Positions 39,411 through 50,100 of a stretch of 64,000 nt of DNA are shown piece by piece; positions within the stretch are counted from its first letter, which is position 1, and every line of letters starts with the position of its first letter. The position numbers were made by a program, and so were the translations under genes. The stretch comes from an uncultured Desulfuromonadaceae bacterium (GTDB taxonomy: Bacteria; Desulfobacterota; Desulfuromonadia; Geobacterales; Pseudopelobacteraceae): the NCBI GenBank assembly GCA_964292275.1, contig CAXYUZ010000011.1, forward strand, positions 13,575 through 77,574, in the 5' to 3' direction. Under the pieces are notes generated by a model. That model had not been told where the DNA came from. It saw nothing but the letters and a program-made list of their open reading frames with translations, and ran no database searches.

Positions 39411-40331
39411 ATGATAACTGCAAACAATCTGGTCTTTGACTATCCCGGCACAAGGGCGCTGGACAACATCTCATTTACAATCCGCAAGGGGAGCATCACG
39501 GCACTGGTCGGCCCCAACGGTGCGGGCAAAACAACCCTACTGCGCTGCCTGGCGGCGCTGGAGGAACCGGCATCCGGCACAATCTCCATGAACGGCCGCA
39601 ACATACTGGCCGACCCGCGCAGCACACACCGCCAGCTCGGCTACCTCTCCGACTCGTTCGGACTATATGAAGAGCTGACTGTACAGCAATGTCTGCACTA
39701 TGCCGCCATGTCGCATGGCATTTCTGAAGGCGAGTACGGTGAAACCATCGACCGCTGCGTCAAGCAACTGGAGATTGCCGACAAGATGCAGATCAAGGCC
39801 GGCGCACTGTCACGCGGACAGCGCCAAAGGTTGGCAATCGCGCAGGCAATCATCCACAAGCCCCAGTTTCTGCTGCTGGACGAACCTGCATCCGGCCTTG
39901 ATCCCGAGGCCCGCCACAGCCTGGCCGTTCTGTTCAAACGCCTGCAGAACGACGGCATGACACTGCTGGTTTCATCCCACATCCTTTCAGAACTGGAGGA
40001 ATACTCCACCGACATGCTGGTGCTGCATGGCGGCAGGATCATCGAGCACAACGCCGTTACCGCCACACAAAACAACCAGCTTGACACCCTGGAAATCAAG
40101 CTTTCATCCCCTGCCCCCGGACTGGGAGCATATCTGACAGCGCAAGCGGGGATAACAGATCTGGAATGCAGCGAGTCAGAGGCAACCTTCTCCTTCAACA
40201 GCTCAGCCGCTGAACAGCACCAACTGCTTAAAGGGCTGATAGCAAACGATTTCCAGATCTGCAGCTTCAGCGAACAGCGCCGCAACATGCAGGAAGCCTA
40301 TCTTAAAACCGTCAAGGGGGTGTCAAAATGA
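39411..40331 (+). CDS. ABC transporter ATP-binding protein (ABC-2 type)
   Basis: Walker A GPNGAGKTT, ABC signature LSRGQRQRLAIAQA, Walker B LLLDEP. Confidence 0.85.
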   Translation: MITANNLVFDYPGTRALDNISFTIRKGSITALVGPNGAGKTTLLRCLAALEEPASGTISMNGRNILADPRSTHRQLGYLSDSFGLYEELTVQQCLHYAAMSHGISEGEYGETIDRCVKQLEIADKMQIKAGALSRGQRQRLAIAQAIIHKPQFLLLDEPASGLDPEARHSLAVLFKRLQNDGMTLLVSSHILSELEEYSTDMLVLHGGRIIEHNAVTATQNNQLDTLEIKLSSPAPGLGAYLTAQAGITDLECSESEATFSFNSSAAEQHQLLKGLIANDFQICSFSEQRRNMQEAYLKTVKGVSK

Positions 40332-41623
40332 GCTTTAATCCCGAATTCCGCCGTAATCTCTGGCTCGAAATATCCCCTTACCGGCTAATCGGCATGCCGC
40401 TGATACTGGGTGCCATCTTCTATCTGGGATACTTGAGCGATGATCATCGCCTGGGTGAATCCGTCGCCAAGCTATCAACTGCACTCCTGTCCATAATCGC
40501 CCTGATCTGGGGGAGCAAACTGGCATCCGAGACCGTAATGAACGAAATTCGCGACCACACCTGGGATGGACAGCGCATGTCTGTCATCACCCCCTGGCAG
40601 CTGACACTGGGCAAGCTGTTTGGCAGCACCATCTACCCCTGGTACGGCGCACTGATCTGCACCGCTGCCTTCTGCATATCAAACGTCGATTACGGCACAT
40701 CCGATACGCTGAAAATTGCCCTGATACTGATTTTGTCAACCGTTCTGGCCCACTCCGTCAGTCTGCTATCCAGCCTGATTGCCATCCAGAAGGAACGCAA
40801 GACCAACCGGGGCCAGACAGCGGCCATGCTTCTGCTGGGGATCATCGTCGCCGGTCCGTTTTTCAGCATGGCGCTTGGCCGGAATGACGCCGTACAGTGG
40901 TACGGACTGGAATATTCCGGGCTCAATTTTCTGCTGGCATCGATCACGGCCTTTGCACTCTGGGGGGTCATCAGTGTGATCCACATGATGCGCATAGAGC
41001 TGAAGATGAAAAACATGCCCTGGACCTGGCTGGCATTCGTGCTGTTCTGCATGCTCTACATCTCAGGCTTTTTCTGCCGTGTACACAATACCCAATTCAT
41101 ATCGGCACCGATCCTGGCCGCCCATTTTGTAGCCGTTGCAGCCGTGTACTTCATGGCCTTTGCCGAACGCAAAGACCGGATCCACCTGCAGATGGTAATT
41201 GCCAATGCCTCGTCCGGCAACTGGCGCGGTTTTCTGGAACGCGCGCCAAGGTGGCTGCTGACGATTCCGTATGTTATCATCAGCGGGGCGGCGGTCATAG
41301 CAACGGCTGAAAAAAACCTTCCCAACATCATTGTCATGGTTATCGCCATCCAGCTGTTCATCATCCGCGATCTGGCGATGATGCTCTTCTGCAACCTGGC
41401 AAAAAACAACCGCCGCGCAGATATGCTCTTTGCGCTCTATCTGGCCCTGCTCTACGGAATCTTCCCGGCAATACTCATGGCCATGGACCAGAAGGATGCA
41501 ACCGTACTCTTCTGGCCGCAACACGATTCAAACCTGTTCTGGGGGATAGCGGCGCCATTCGCCGGCGCACTTGCCGTCTGCCTGGCCACGGTTAAACGCT
41601 GGAAAAGCGGTGCGATAAGATAG
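40328..41623 (+). CDS. ABC-2 family polytopic membrane permease (putative)
   Basis: 431 aa with at least 10 predicted TM segments. ATGA overlap with the ATPase gene. Confidence 0.6.
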   Translation: MSFNPEFRRNLWLEISPYRLIGMPLILGAIFYLGYLSDDHRLGESVAKLSTALLSIIALIWGSKLASETVMNEIRDHTWDGQRMSVITPWQLTLGKLFGSTIYPWYGALICTAAFCISNVDYGTSDTLKIALILILSTVLAHSVSLLSSLIAIQKERKTNRGQTAAMLLLGIIVAGPFFSMALGRNDAVQWYGLEYSGLNFLLASITAFALWGVISVIHMMRIELKMKNMPWTWLAFVLFCMLYISGFFCRVHNTQFISAPILAAHFVAVAAVYFMAFAERKDRIHLQMVIANASSGNWRGFLERAPRWLLTIPYVIISGAAVIATAEKNLPNIIVMVIAIQLFIIRDLAMMLFCNLAKNNRRADMLFALYLALLYGIFPAILMAMDQKDATVLFWPQHDSNLFWGIAAPFAGALAVCLATVKRWKSGAIR

Positions 41624-41703
41624 CAAGTGACGTGTACCATCAATAGCGAACAGCATGTGTTGACTCATACGGCTTTCTGCTGTCAGTAACATTCCATCTC
41701 GGG

Positions 41704-43206
41704 TTACGGCATTATCAGTCTGATGTTATCCGCAGGTCTCTCAAATGCCTTGTATTTCTCCAGGGCATGGCAGGCTGCCGTCAAATCGCCGAAATCTATT
41801 TTGCTGATAAATTCCTGGGCGACGCACATGACTCTTATGAACGCACTTGGATCCTTGTGATTGGAGAGCAGTTTCAGGGATGAGATATATTCGTTGCGGT
41901 ATACGCTTGGAATGATGATCCGGCAGATACCTGCAGCCACAAGCTCGGCATTCATCATTGCCCGCGCAGTCCTGCCATTACCGTCGTCAAACGGGTGCAC
42001 CTCGGATACCAGATACATCATGAACAATGCGCGTGCCAAAGGATCAATCAAAGAGTTGTAGAACGCAAAACCTTGCGTAAGTGTGCCCTTTACCAGTTCC
42101 GGTGAAACAAAATAGGTTGTGCCGGCCCGGTTTCCTTTCTCTTTCAGTTCCCCAGGTCTTTTGTCCGGACGGCCCGCCAGGATCATGGCATGACGGTTTC
42201 TCAAAAGCTCCAGAAAAGATGCGGCATCTGCAGGTTTACGGCGCATATCCTCCAGATTGCCGACCACGCGATAAGTGCCAAGGATATCGTGAGCGTCCTC
42301 AGGACGTGACTGGGGGATTACTCCTGAAAAAATGATTCCCAGGGCTTCATCTACTTCAAATTCAGTCCCCTCAATAAAATTGGAAAAATAGGCATCGAAA
42401 AAACTTTCATTGTAAAAAGCATTCCCGGGCTCGTAAAGGCAACCTCTTTCAGGTAATACCTCGCGTGCCAGAGCAGTGCGGAGAGCTTCAAACTGCTCCA
42501 GCCGCACAGGATCATATGGCTCGCCGCTGAAGTACGATTTTGCTACCATGGTTTTCAATTCAGCTTCCCGTGTCCGGAGCAGGCTGCCAATAATACGGTC
42601 CAACTGCTGAAATTCTTTTTCATGACCTAAATCAGCTGCAATGCTGCGGGCATTATCCCGTATCCTGTTCAACTCATCTTCGCCCTTTATGCGCAGGATG
42701 ATGGTCAATTTTTCCTCGACAGCCGTCTGTCCTGCCGATTTGGATATTCCCCCCTTGTCTTTTGTCGGTGCAAGGTTTTCCAGTAACAGCCTTGCAGTGG
42801 AAGACATATAAAGTCCTCCAACGAACGGCATATCACCATTTGCAGGCCCCGAGCCTATAATCCTGATAATACGCAAACCGGGCAACTCGGTGGTCTTTTT
42901 ATAGTTATAGGAGATAAAAACCGAGCCATCCGCAGCAGGTTGATTTTCAAGCGCAGTGCGGAACCCGATCACCCCTCCGGGTGCCAGCATGCCGACAATC
43001 TGCCAGCGGTTCCTGGCGACAATTACCTCCACCGGCTCGCTCATATTGCGTGTGTACAGACGTGGGCCGATTTTTCTGATGATACCCTGTTTAACCATTT
43101 GCGATACTTCGCGTGACGTATCGCTCTCGGAGAGAAAAACTTCCTGTTGAATATTTTTGTTCCGTAAAGTCATCTGGATACCCGCATCTGGAGATTTTGG
43201 TAACAA
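41704..43206 (-). CDS. Fic/DOC family protein (AMPylase-like) with large N-terminal domain
   Basis: Fic motif HPFDDGNGRTARA. 500 aa. Confidence 0.8.
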   Translation of the reverse strand: MLPKSPDAGIQMTLRNKNIQQEVFLSESDTSREVSQMVKQGIIRKIGPRLYTRNMSEPVEVIVARNRWQIVGMLAPGGVIGFRTALENQPAADGSVFISYNYKKTTELPGLRIIRIIGSGPANGDMPFVGGLYMSSTARLLLENLAPTKDKGGISKSAGQTAVEEKLTIILRIKGEDELNRIRDNARSIAADLGHEKEFQQLDRIIGSLLRTREAELKTMVAKSYFSGEPYDPVRLEQFEALRTALAREVLPERGCLYEPGNAFYNESFFDAYFSNFIEGTEFEVDEALGIIFSGVIPQSRPEDAHDILGTYRVVGNLEDMRRKPADAASFLELLRNRHAMILAGRPDKRPGELKEKGNRAGTTYFVSPELVKGTLTQGFAFYNSLIDPLARALFMMYLVSEVHPFDDGNGRTARAMMNAELVAAGICRIIIPSVYRNEYISSLKLLSNHKDPSAFIRVMCVAQEFISKIDFGDLTAACHALEKYKAFERPADNIRLIMP

Positions 43207-43271
43207 TATTCGGCTACATTGTTATTTTTAGCAACCTAAATTACATATTCACCACAAATAGCACCTTAAGA

Positions 43272-43310
43272 AAGCAAAAAGGCTGCCCGTTTGGGGCAGC
43301 CTTTTTGCTG
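43272..43310. terminator. Bidirectional rho-independent terminator
   Basis: Stem aaaaaggctgccc/gggcagccttttt. Confidence 0.75.
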
Positions 43311-43452
43311 AGCATTCAATAGAAAAACCTAGGTCAAATTCCAGATAAACACCCCTCAAAACCATAACCATTTGATTTAAAAGGATATATTTTTTGTTGA
43401 AAATATTTTAAAGGAATTTTTCCTATAATTTAAAAGTTTACCTGTCAATAAA

Positions 43453-43725
43453 TCAAATAACCGAAGGGGAACGACTGGCAATGCGATCGTACCCAGCCAT
43501 GAAGCCATCAGCCGCCAACCTGTAGCCGCGGCTGTCTGTTGCTGTAAGCATGCGGTTTGCTTCGTCGTATGTGAAGCTGTAACCTATGTTGCTGTTTGTT
43601 GCGGTGAGGATGTTGTCGTTGGCGTCGGTTACGGCACTGATGATGCCGTCGGCGGTGTAGCTGTATGCGGTGGCGTTGCCTTTGGGGTCGGTCTGTCTGG
43701 TCAGGCGGCCAGCCCACTCAAACAT
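43453..43725 (-). pseudogene. Rhs repeat-protein fragment (internally deleted, truncated copy of main rhs)
   Basis: 90 aa matching the main Rhs segment GRLTRQTDPKGN..YSYTADGIISAVTDAN...ILTATNSNIGYSFTYD...RMLTATDSRGY, with a 32-aa internal deletion and a divergent tail. Confidence 0.7.
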
Positions 43726-44383
43726 AATAAACTAACGAAAACCATATCATGTTATTAAAACTATGAACCACAATACTAGACCAAATTGACTTTGTTTTTT
43801 CATATACTAACGCATATATGATGCCGGGGATAAATAGGTGTACAAAGTCAATTCGTAATCCATGCAATACCATGTAAATGAATGCCGAAACAATTACACC
43901 AGTTGATACACAAAAGTCGGATTTAATTATATTGTAAATATAGCGTCTGCAATAAACTGCTTCTAAAACAGGACCAACGAAGCAAAGCATAACCAAAAAA
44001 TAGAGTCTAGCTACAGGCCCGTAATTTAAAAACAAAGTATATTCCTTAGGCTTGGCAAGTAACTTGTTCAGCCATATGCCATATGGAAAATTGATTAACA
44101 CACATAATATTAATCCGCATACACAATAATAAATAAACTTGTTAAAATCAGTGATCTTAGTTTCTTGTGGACTATAAAACAACCCCAGGCAATAGGTCGT
44201 AGTTAAGATCAAAAGGAATAATATTGTGTGTGATACCAGGTGCTCATTCAAATATTTAACTGGAATAACAACATGAACGAGTTGAGTTAATATAAAGTAA
44301 AATATTAACGAAAATATCACATGTTTACTATTTTTAATTTTTGCCATGGCCTTATCAATATTCATGCAAGCTACCCAATGCAA
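43718..44383 (-). CDS. CPBP (CAAX protease/Abi) family intramembrane protein; putative immunity protein for orphan Rhs-CT
   Basis: 221 aa, polytopic, AT-rich. CPBP motifs (PVLEAVYCRRYIY ; VLHGL ; HSFNNMIW). Overlaps the end of the orphan rhs-CT ORF. Confidence 0.65.
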   Translation of the reverse strand: MHWVACMNIDKAMAKIKNSKHVIFSLIFYFILTQLVHVVIPVKYLNEHLVSHTILFLLILTTTYCLGLFYSPQETKITDFNKFIYYCVCGLILCVLINFPYGIWLNKLLAKPKEYTLFLNYGPVARLYFLVMLCFVGPVLEAVYCRRYIYNIIKSDFCVSTGVIVSAFIYMVLHGLRIDFVHLFIPGIIYALVYEKTKSIWSSIVVHSFNNMIWFSLVYYV

Positions 44384-46245
44384 GTATTTGGATTGTCTTT
44401 ATATTTCGGCTTGTTATTGTTAGGTGTTTTGTAATTCTTAAAAGAAGGATTATTGGGATCAATTGGCAAGGGATCCTTCGGCGGCTTCGTTAAAAGGAAT
44501 CCTGGTAAATCAAAATACCCAGGTGAACCATTCATAAACTCATTAGCTAAGAATCTGCCAGCTTTATCTAACGCCGGGAGATACGGTGCAACACGCTCAA
44601 TTAAATTCAAGAATGGGATCAAGCCAGTAGGGTCTGTAAAATTCACCGGATTATTTTGGACATATCCATACAAATTAACATCCCCACCCGCAAATGAAAT
44701 GGGGTCACGTGATATGAATCTTCCTTCCACCGGGTCGTAGTATCTGGCGCGGTAGTAGTGCAGGGCGGTTTCTCTGTCCCATTCTCTGCCGGTGAAGGTG
44801 TAGGTGTTTTTGAAGTCGGTTGTCTGCCTTGGTATGCCGAATGTGGTGTAGCTGTAGCTTTGTACTGTGTTGCCGTTGTTGTCGGTTATGGCGGTGGTGC
44901 TGCCCAGTCCGTCGGTATGGTAGTAATAGTACTGTCCGTTTCTTTCCATGGCAAGGTGTTCGTCGGTGTTTATGCCGTGGGTGTAGTTGGTTGTTGTGTT
45001 TGTGGTTGTGCCGTTTTCTGTTGTTGCGGTTGTTTCTACGGCTATGTTGTCGTTGTCATAGATGTAGTTTGTGGTGGTTGTTTTGGTGTTGCCGTTGGTT
45101 GTTATGGTTGTCTGTTTTTCTGTTCTTCTGCCGAATGGGTCGTATTTGAATGTGATGGTGCGTTTGTCGGTTTTGTTGGTGAGTTCGGCTTTTATGAGGC
45201 GGTTTTCCGGATCCCAGGTGTATGTCCAGTTTTTGTCGGTGTTGTTTGTGGTTTTGGTGATGGGGTTGCCGTTGTTGTCGTGGGTGTAGCTGTATTGTTT
45301 GCCTTTTACCAGTTGGTTTGCTGCTTCATGCTGGTATCTGGTGTCATGTGGTCCAGGGCCTTGTGTGCGGTTGCCGTTGGCGTCGTAGGTGTAGGTTTCA
45401 TATCCTTTGGGTGTTGTGGCCTGTGTCAGGCGATAGATGGCGTCATAGGTGTATGTTTCGTTTGTACTGCCGGTTTTTGCTGTGCGGTTGCCGGTTTTGT
45501 CGAGGGTGTATTCTGCCTTGGTGATGATGCTGTTGTCTGCTTTGGTGTGGGTGATGGCTGTCAGGCGGTCGGCATCGTCATAGGAGTAGGTTGTCTTGCT
45601 GTTGTTGGGATAGTTGAGTGTTGTTCTGCGGTTGTTGTTGTCGTAGCTGTAGCTGAATGATCCTGCCAGTGATGTTATGGATGTGAGTCTGTTGGCATCG
45701 TCGTAGCTGTAGGTTGTGGTTTTTGCGGGGGTGCCGGTTTTATTGATGGTGGCGGTGGTGCGGTTGCCGTTTATGTCGTAGGTGTAAGCAATGTTGTAGC
45801 CGCGGCTGTCTGTGGCTGTCAGCATGCGGTTTCTGCTGTCATAGGTGAAGCTGTAACCTATGTTGCTGTTTGTTGCGGTGAGGATGTTGTCGTTGTTGTC
45901 ATAGCTGTAGCTGATGCTGCTGTTGTCCGGCCATGTTTTTGATGTGATCCGGTCTGCAGCATCGCGGGTGTAGGTGATGGTTTTGCTGTTGGCGTCGGTT
46001 ACTGCGCTGATGATGCCGTCGGCGGTGTAGCTGTATGTGGTGGTATTGCCTTTGGGGTCGGTCTGTCTGGTCAGGCGGCCGGCTTTGTCGTATTCATAAC
46101 TGGTGCTGTTGGCAAGCGGATCTGTGAGTGATACCAGTTTGTCATTGCCGCCACCGCCGCAGGATGCACAGCCGGAGCCGCTGTAGGCCAGTGCGGTGGT
46201 GTGGTTGAGGGGGTGGCGGCTTTTTATTTTATGTTTCCTTCTATT
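44371..46245 (-). CDS. Orphan Rhs C-terminal cassette: Rhs repeats + PxxxxDPxGL boundary + alternative CT toxin domain; lacks start codon upstream of internal Met 45825
   Basis: The open frame runs from the TGA at 46246-46248 to the stop at 44371, with no ATG/GTG/TTG before 45825. 44640-46222 is nearly identical to main rhs 47577-49137. The CT sequence after NPVNFTDPTGL differs from the main gene. Confidence 0.7.
   Translation of the reverse strand, partial: NRRKHKIKSRHPLNHTTALAYSGSGCASCGGGGNDKLVSLTDPLANSTSYEYDKAGRLTRQTDPKGNTTTYSYTADGIISAVTDANSKTITYTRDAADRITSKTWPDNSSISYSYDNNDNILTATNSNIGYSFTYDSRNRMLTATDSRGYNIAYTYDINGNRTTATINKTGTPAKTTTYSYDDANRLTSITSLAGSFSYSYDNNNRRTTLNYPNNSKTTYSYDDADRLTAITHTKADNSIITKAEYTLDKTGNRTAKTGSTNETYTYDAIYRLTQATTPKGYETYTYDANGNRTQGPGPHDTRYQHEAANQLVKGKQYSYTHDNNGNPITKTTNNTDKNWTYTWDPENRLIKAELTNKTDKRTITFKYDPFGRRTEKQTTITTNGNTKTTTTNYIYDNDNIAVETTATTENGTTTNTTTNYTHGINTDEHLAMERNGQYYYYHTDGLGSTTAITDNNGNTVQSYSYTTFGIPRQTTDFKNTYTFTGREWDRETALHYYRARYYDPVEGRFISRDPISFAGGDVNLYGYVQNNPVNFTDPTGLIPFLNLIERVAPYLPALDKAGRFLANEFMNGSPGYFDLPGFLLTKPPKDPLPIDPNNPSFKNYKTPNNNKPKYKDNPNTCIG
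44640..46222. repeat. 1.58-kb direct repeat (orphan copy) of rhs core
   Basis: Near-identical to 47577-49137 with only a few substitutions. Ends at the PxxxxDPxGL-encoding boundary. Confidence 0.85.
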
Positions 46246-46667
46246 TCAGATAGTTCTAAGAGAGCGTCATCTAATTCTTCTCGTGTTTCAATATCAAATG
46301 GCTTCATTGAGTTGATAAGATTTATTAACTGCTTGTATTTTAAAATAGCTGTGCTTAATTCTCCCATATTTTTGTAATTTTGAGCTAAATCATGTAATGC
46401 CCTTATATTATCAGGCTGAATACTCAAAACTTTACAATAGCAATCTCTTGCAGCCATCATATCATTGACGACATTTTTATCATTTGAGCCATCAAGTTCT
46501 CTTGCAAACGCACCTAATTCTAAAACATTACCATTAAGTATCAATGCATCTATATCGTTAGCATTATTACCAAGCAACTTCTTGAGTATACAGATTGCTT
46601 TGTTGTAATTACCTACTAATGATTCTTTTTTTGCGGACTCCAACAATTGAATGCGATTTGTTTTCAA
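46224..46667 (-). CDS. TPR-repeat protein (AT-rich), possible immunity/adaptor gene
   Basis: 147 aa with TPR-like helical repeats. AT-rich codon usage unlike the flanking rhs. Confidence 0.5.
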   Translation of the reverse strand: MKTNRIQLLESAKKESLVGNYNKAICILKKLLGNNANDIDALILNGNVLELGAFARELDGSNDKNVVNDMMAARDCYCKVLSIQPDNIRALHDLAQNYKNMGELSTAILKYKQLINLINSMKPFDIETREELDDALLELSEIEGNIK

Positions 46668-46675
46668 AACAATCC

Positions 46676-46762
46676 TCGTATTTGAATTTGACGATACATT
46701 TGTCAGCTTTATTAGTGAGTTCGGCTATTATGAGCCGTTTTTCGGATCCCATGAAACATGGG
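46676..46762 (-). pseudogene. Decayed rhs fragment
   Basis: cgtatttgaatttgacgatacatttgtcagctttattagtgagttcggctattatgagccgtttttcggatccca is about 80% identical to rhs 45131-45210 and 48060-48140, with AT-shifted substitutions. Confidence 0.6.
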
Positions 46763-46774
46763 AGCAATGAGAAT

Positions 46775-47149
46775 TTACTCAATATATCTTAAAGTTAATT
46801 CACCGCCATCCACTAAATCCTTCATTTGTTCATTGTTTTCCAGTATGTACTGAGAATAAGTAAGTTCTGTCCCACTTACAGGGCGATCATGATCTAAATC
46901 AAATGGTTCAGGATTGCTTATGTTAATTAATTTCCTAAGACCTTCATAAACCATTTTTGCTGCTTTGTTATCGAGAGTCATATCATTATTATAAAAAGCC
47001 TCATTCCTACCAATGACTTCTGCTTTCTCAAGCGCTTCCGTTGATGTTTCGGCTTCAATCAAAACAAAATTTTCATAAACTGGTATTTGTGATTGTGGTT
47101 GTTCAAGGGTTTTAATACTCATAATTATACTTGCAACATACCAAGTCAT
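46775..47149 (-). CDS. Putative Rhs immunity protein (small cytoplasmic protein)
   Basis: 124 aa. ATGA overlap with the main rhs stop. AT-rich. Confidence 0.55.
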   Translation of the reverse strand: MTWYVASIIMSIKTLEQPQSQIPVYENFVLIEAETSTEALEKAEVIGRNEAFYNNDMTLDNKAAKMVYEGLRKLINISNPEPFDLDHDRPVSGTELTYSQYILENNEQMKDLVDGGELTLRYIE

Positions 47150-50100
47150 TTTTTCTCCTTACACTTATCGTTTTGAGTAGAATTTTTTCGGCATCCCAGT
47201 ACTTTTTGAGCTGTTTTAATTTTCATTCTTTCGGCAGTTGATGATGCGTTATTATACTGTTTTATCAGCCAATTACATGGGTCTGGTTGTTGACTAGCTT
47301 CTCTTGAATATTCATTGGCTTTGTTTTGAATACCCCCTTTAGCCATTTGAATTGGTATAGGAATTTCCGGATTAAGCATTGGTTTACCTGTCCAATATCT
47401 CCATGCTTGTACTACCAAGTTATCAGAATTATAATTGTTTTTTAGCCATTCAACGGGGTCTGGACCAGGTCCAGGTTTAATAAAGTTAGGTTTACCGGTA
47501 ATTGGAATTAAAGGTACCGATATCCAAGGAATAGCTATCAATCCATCTGGATCAACCCAATTAACCGGATTCCCTTGGACATACCCATACAAATTAACAT
47601 CCCCACCCGCAAATGAAATGGGGTCACGACTTATGAACCTCCCTTCCACCGGGTCGTAGTATCTGGCTCGGTAGTAGTGCAGGGCGGTTTCTCTGTCCCA
47701 TTCCCTGCCGGTGAAGGTGTAGCTGTTTTTGAAGTCGGTTGTCTGCCTTGGTATGCCGAATGTGGTGTAGCTGTAGCTTTGTACTGTGTTGCCGTTGTTG
47801 TCGGTTATGGCGGTGGTGCTGCCCAGTCCGTCGGTATGGTAGTAATAGTACTGTCCGTTTCTTTCCATGGCAAGGTGTTCGTCGGTGTTTATGCCGTGGG
47901 TGTAGTTGGTTGTTGTGTTTGTGGTTGTGCCGTTTTCTGTTGTTGCGGTTGTTTCTACGGCTATGTTGTCGTTGTCATAGATGTAGTTTGTGGTGGTTGT
48001 TTTGGTGTTGCCGTTGGTTGTTATGGTTGTCTGTTTTTCTGTTCTTCTGCCGAATGGGTCGTATTTGAATGTGATGGTGCGTTTGTCGGTTTTGTTGGTG
48101 AGTTCGGCTTTTATGAGGCGGTTTTCCGGATCCCAGGTGTATGTCCAGTTTTTGTCGGTGTTGTTTGTGGTTTTGGTGATGGGGTTGCCGTTGTTGTCGT
48201 GGGTGTAGCTGTATTGTTTGCCTTTTACCAGTTGGTTTGCTGCTTCGTGCTGGTATCTGGTGTCATGTGGTCCGGGGCCTTGTGTGCGGTTGCCGTTGGC
48301 GTCGTAGTTGTAGGTTTCATATCCTTTGGGTGTTGCGGCCTGTGTCAGGCGATAGATGGCGTCATAGCTGTATGTTTCGTTTGTGCTGCCGGTTTTTGCG
48401 GTGCGATTGCCGGTTTTGTCGAGGGTGTATTCTGCTTTGGTGATGATGCTGTTGTCTGTTTTGGTGTGGGTGATTGCTGTCAGTCGGTCGGCATCGTCAT
48501 GGCTGTAGGTTGCCTTGCTGTTGTTGGGATAGTTCAGCCCTGTTCTGCGGTTGTTGTTGTCATAGCTGTAGCTGAATGATCCTGCCGGTGATGTTATGGA
48601 TGTGAGTCTGTTGGCATCGTCGTAGCTGTAGGTTGTGGTTTTTGCGGGGGTGCCGGTTTTATTGATGGTGGCGGTGGTGCGGTTGCCGTTTATGTCGTAG
48701 GTGTAAGCAATGTTGTAGCCGCGGCTGTCTGTGGCTGTCAGCATGCGGTTTCTGCTGTCATAGGTGAAGCTGTAACCTATGTTGCTGTTTGTTGCGGTGA
48801 GGATGTTGTCGTTGTTGTCATAGCTGTAGCTGATGCTGCTGTTGTCCGGCCATGTTTTTGATGTGATCCGGTCTGCAGCATCGCGGGTGTAGGTGATGGT
48901 TTTGCTGTTGGCGTCGGTTACTGCGCTGATGATGCCGTCGGCGGTGTAGCTGTATGTGGTGGTATTGCCTTTGGGGTCGGTCTGTCTGGTCAGGCGGCCG
49001 GCTTTGTCGTATTCATAACTGGTGCTGTTGGCAAGCGGATCTGTGAGTGATACCAGTTTGTCATTGCCGCCACCGCCGCAGGATGCACAGCCGGAACCGC
49101 TGTAGGCCAGTGCGGTGGTGTGGTTGAGGGGGTTTTTAACCGTCAGGGGCTGGCGGTTGTAGTTGTAGGTGTAGTTTGTGCTTCTGCCGTTGGCATCGGT
49201 TATTGATGAGCGGTTGCCGATTTTGTCATAGGCCAGTTGGGATATGTTGCCAAGGCTGTCGGTGATTTTAACCGGGCGGTTCATGGTGTCATATTCAACA
49301 GTGGCTGCCTTGCCGGCCGGGTTGGTGGCGGTGAGCAGGTTGCCGTTTATGTCATAGCTGTATGTTGTGGTGTTGTTGTTCTGATCGGTTATGCTGCTGA
49401 TGTTGTTGTATGTGTCATAGGCGATTGTTACCACTTTGCCAGCCGGATCGGTAATGGTAAGCGGATTGCCTTTGGAGTCATAGCTGTAGCTGACTACGGC
49501 ACTGGCAGGATCGGTCGTTTGCAGCAGGTTGCCTTTGGTATCATAGCTGTTGCTGGTGACGTTGCCCTTGGGGTCGGTGGCGGTGAGTACCTGGCCGCGG
49601 CTGTTGTAGGTGAATGAGGTGACACGACCAAGCGGATCGGTGATTGATGTGGTGTTGTTGTCGGCGTCGTATGTGTAGCTGGTGGTTTTACTGCCCGGTT
49701 CGGTGCGGGTAAGCAGGTTGCCTTTTGAGTCATAGGTGTAACTTGTTGTATTGCCCAGCGGGTCGGTTATTGCGGTTGGTGCATTAAGGGTTGGATCGTA
49801 TTTTCTGATCCAGATACCTCCGTCTTTCTCGGTGATGGTGCTGGTGGTGCTGTCGGTATAGGTGATGTACTTGGTACGCCCTTCAGGGTCAGTGGCGGCG
49901 CTGTTTTTGCCGGCGGCATCATATACGTTGGTACTTTGAAACCCTTCCGGGTTGGTCTTCTGGCTCATTCTGCTGTTTGAATCATAGACATAGTTCCAGC
50001 TGTTGCCTGCGGGATCGGTAACCTTGTTCAACAGGTTGCTGGTATAGGTAAAGCTGGTGGTTCTGCCGGCAGGGTCAGCAATGGCGGTGATATAGCCGTT

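Noticed and set aside
44758-45660. 300-aa Gly/Val/Cys-rich plus-strand ORF (and its twin 47677-48579, plus nested 109/72/68-aa ORFs)
   Set aside because: They lie antisense to the Rhs repeat region. The open frames come from the strong G+T strand bias of the repeats, and duplication simply reflects the 1.58-kb repeat. No RBS, no domain.
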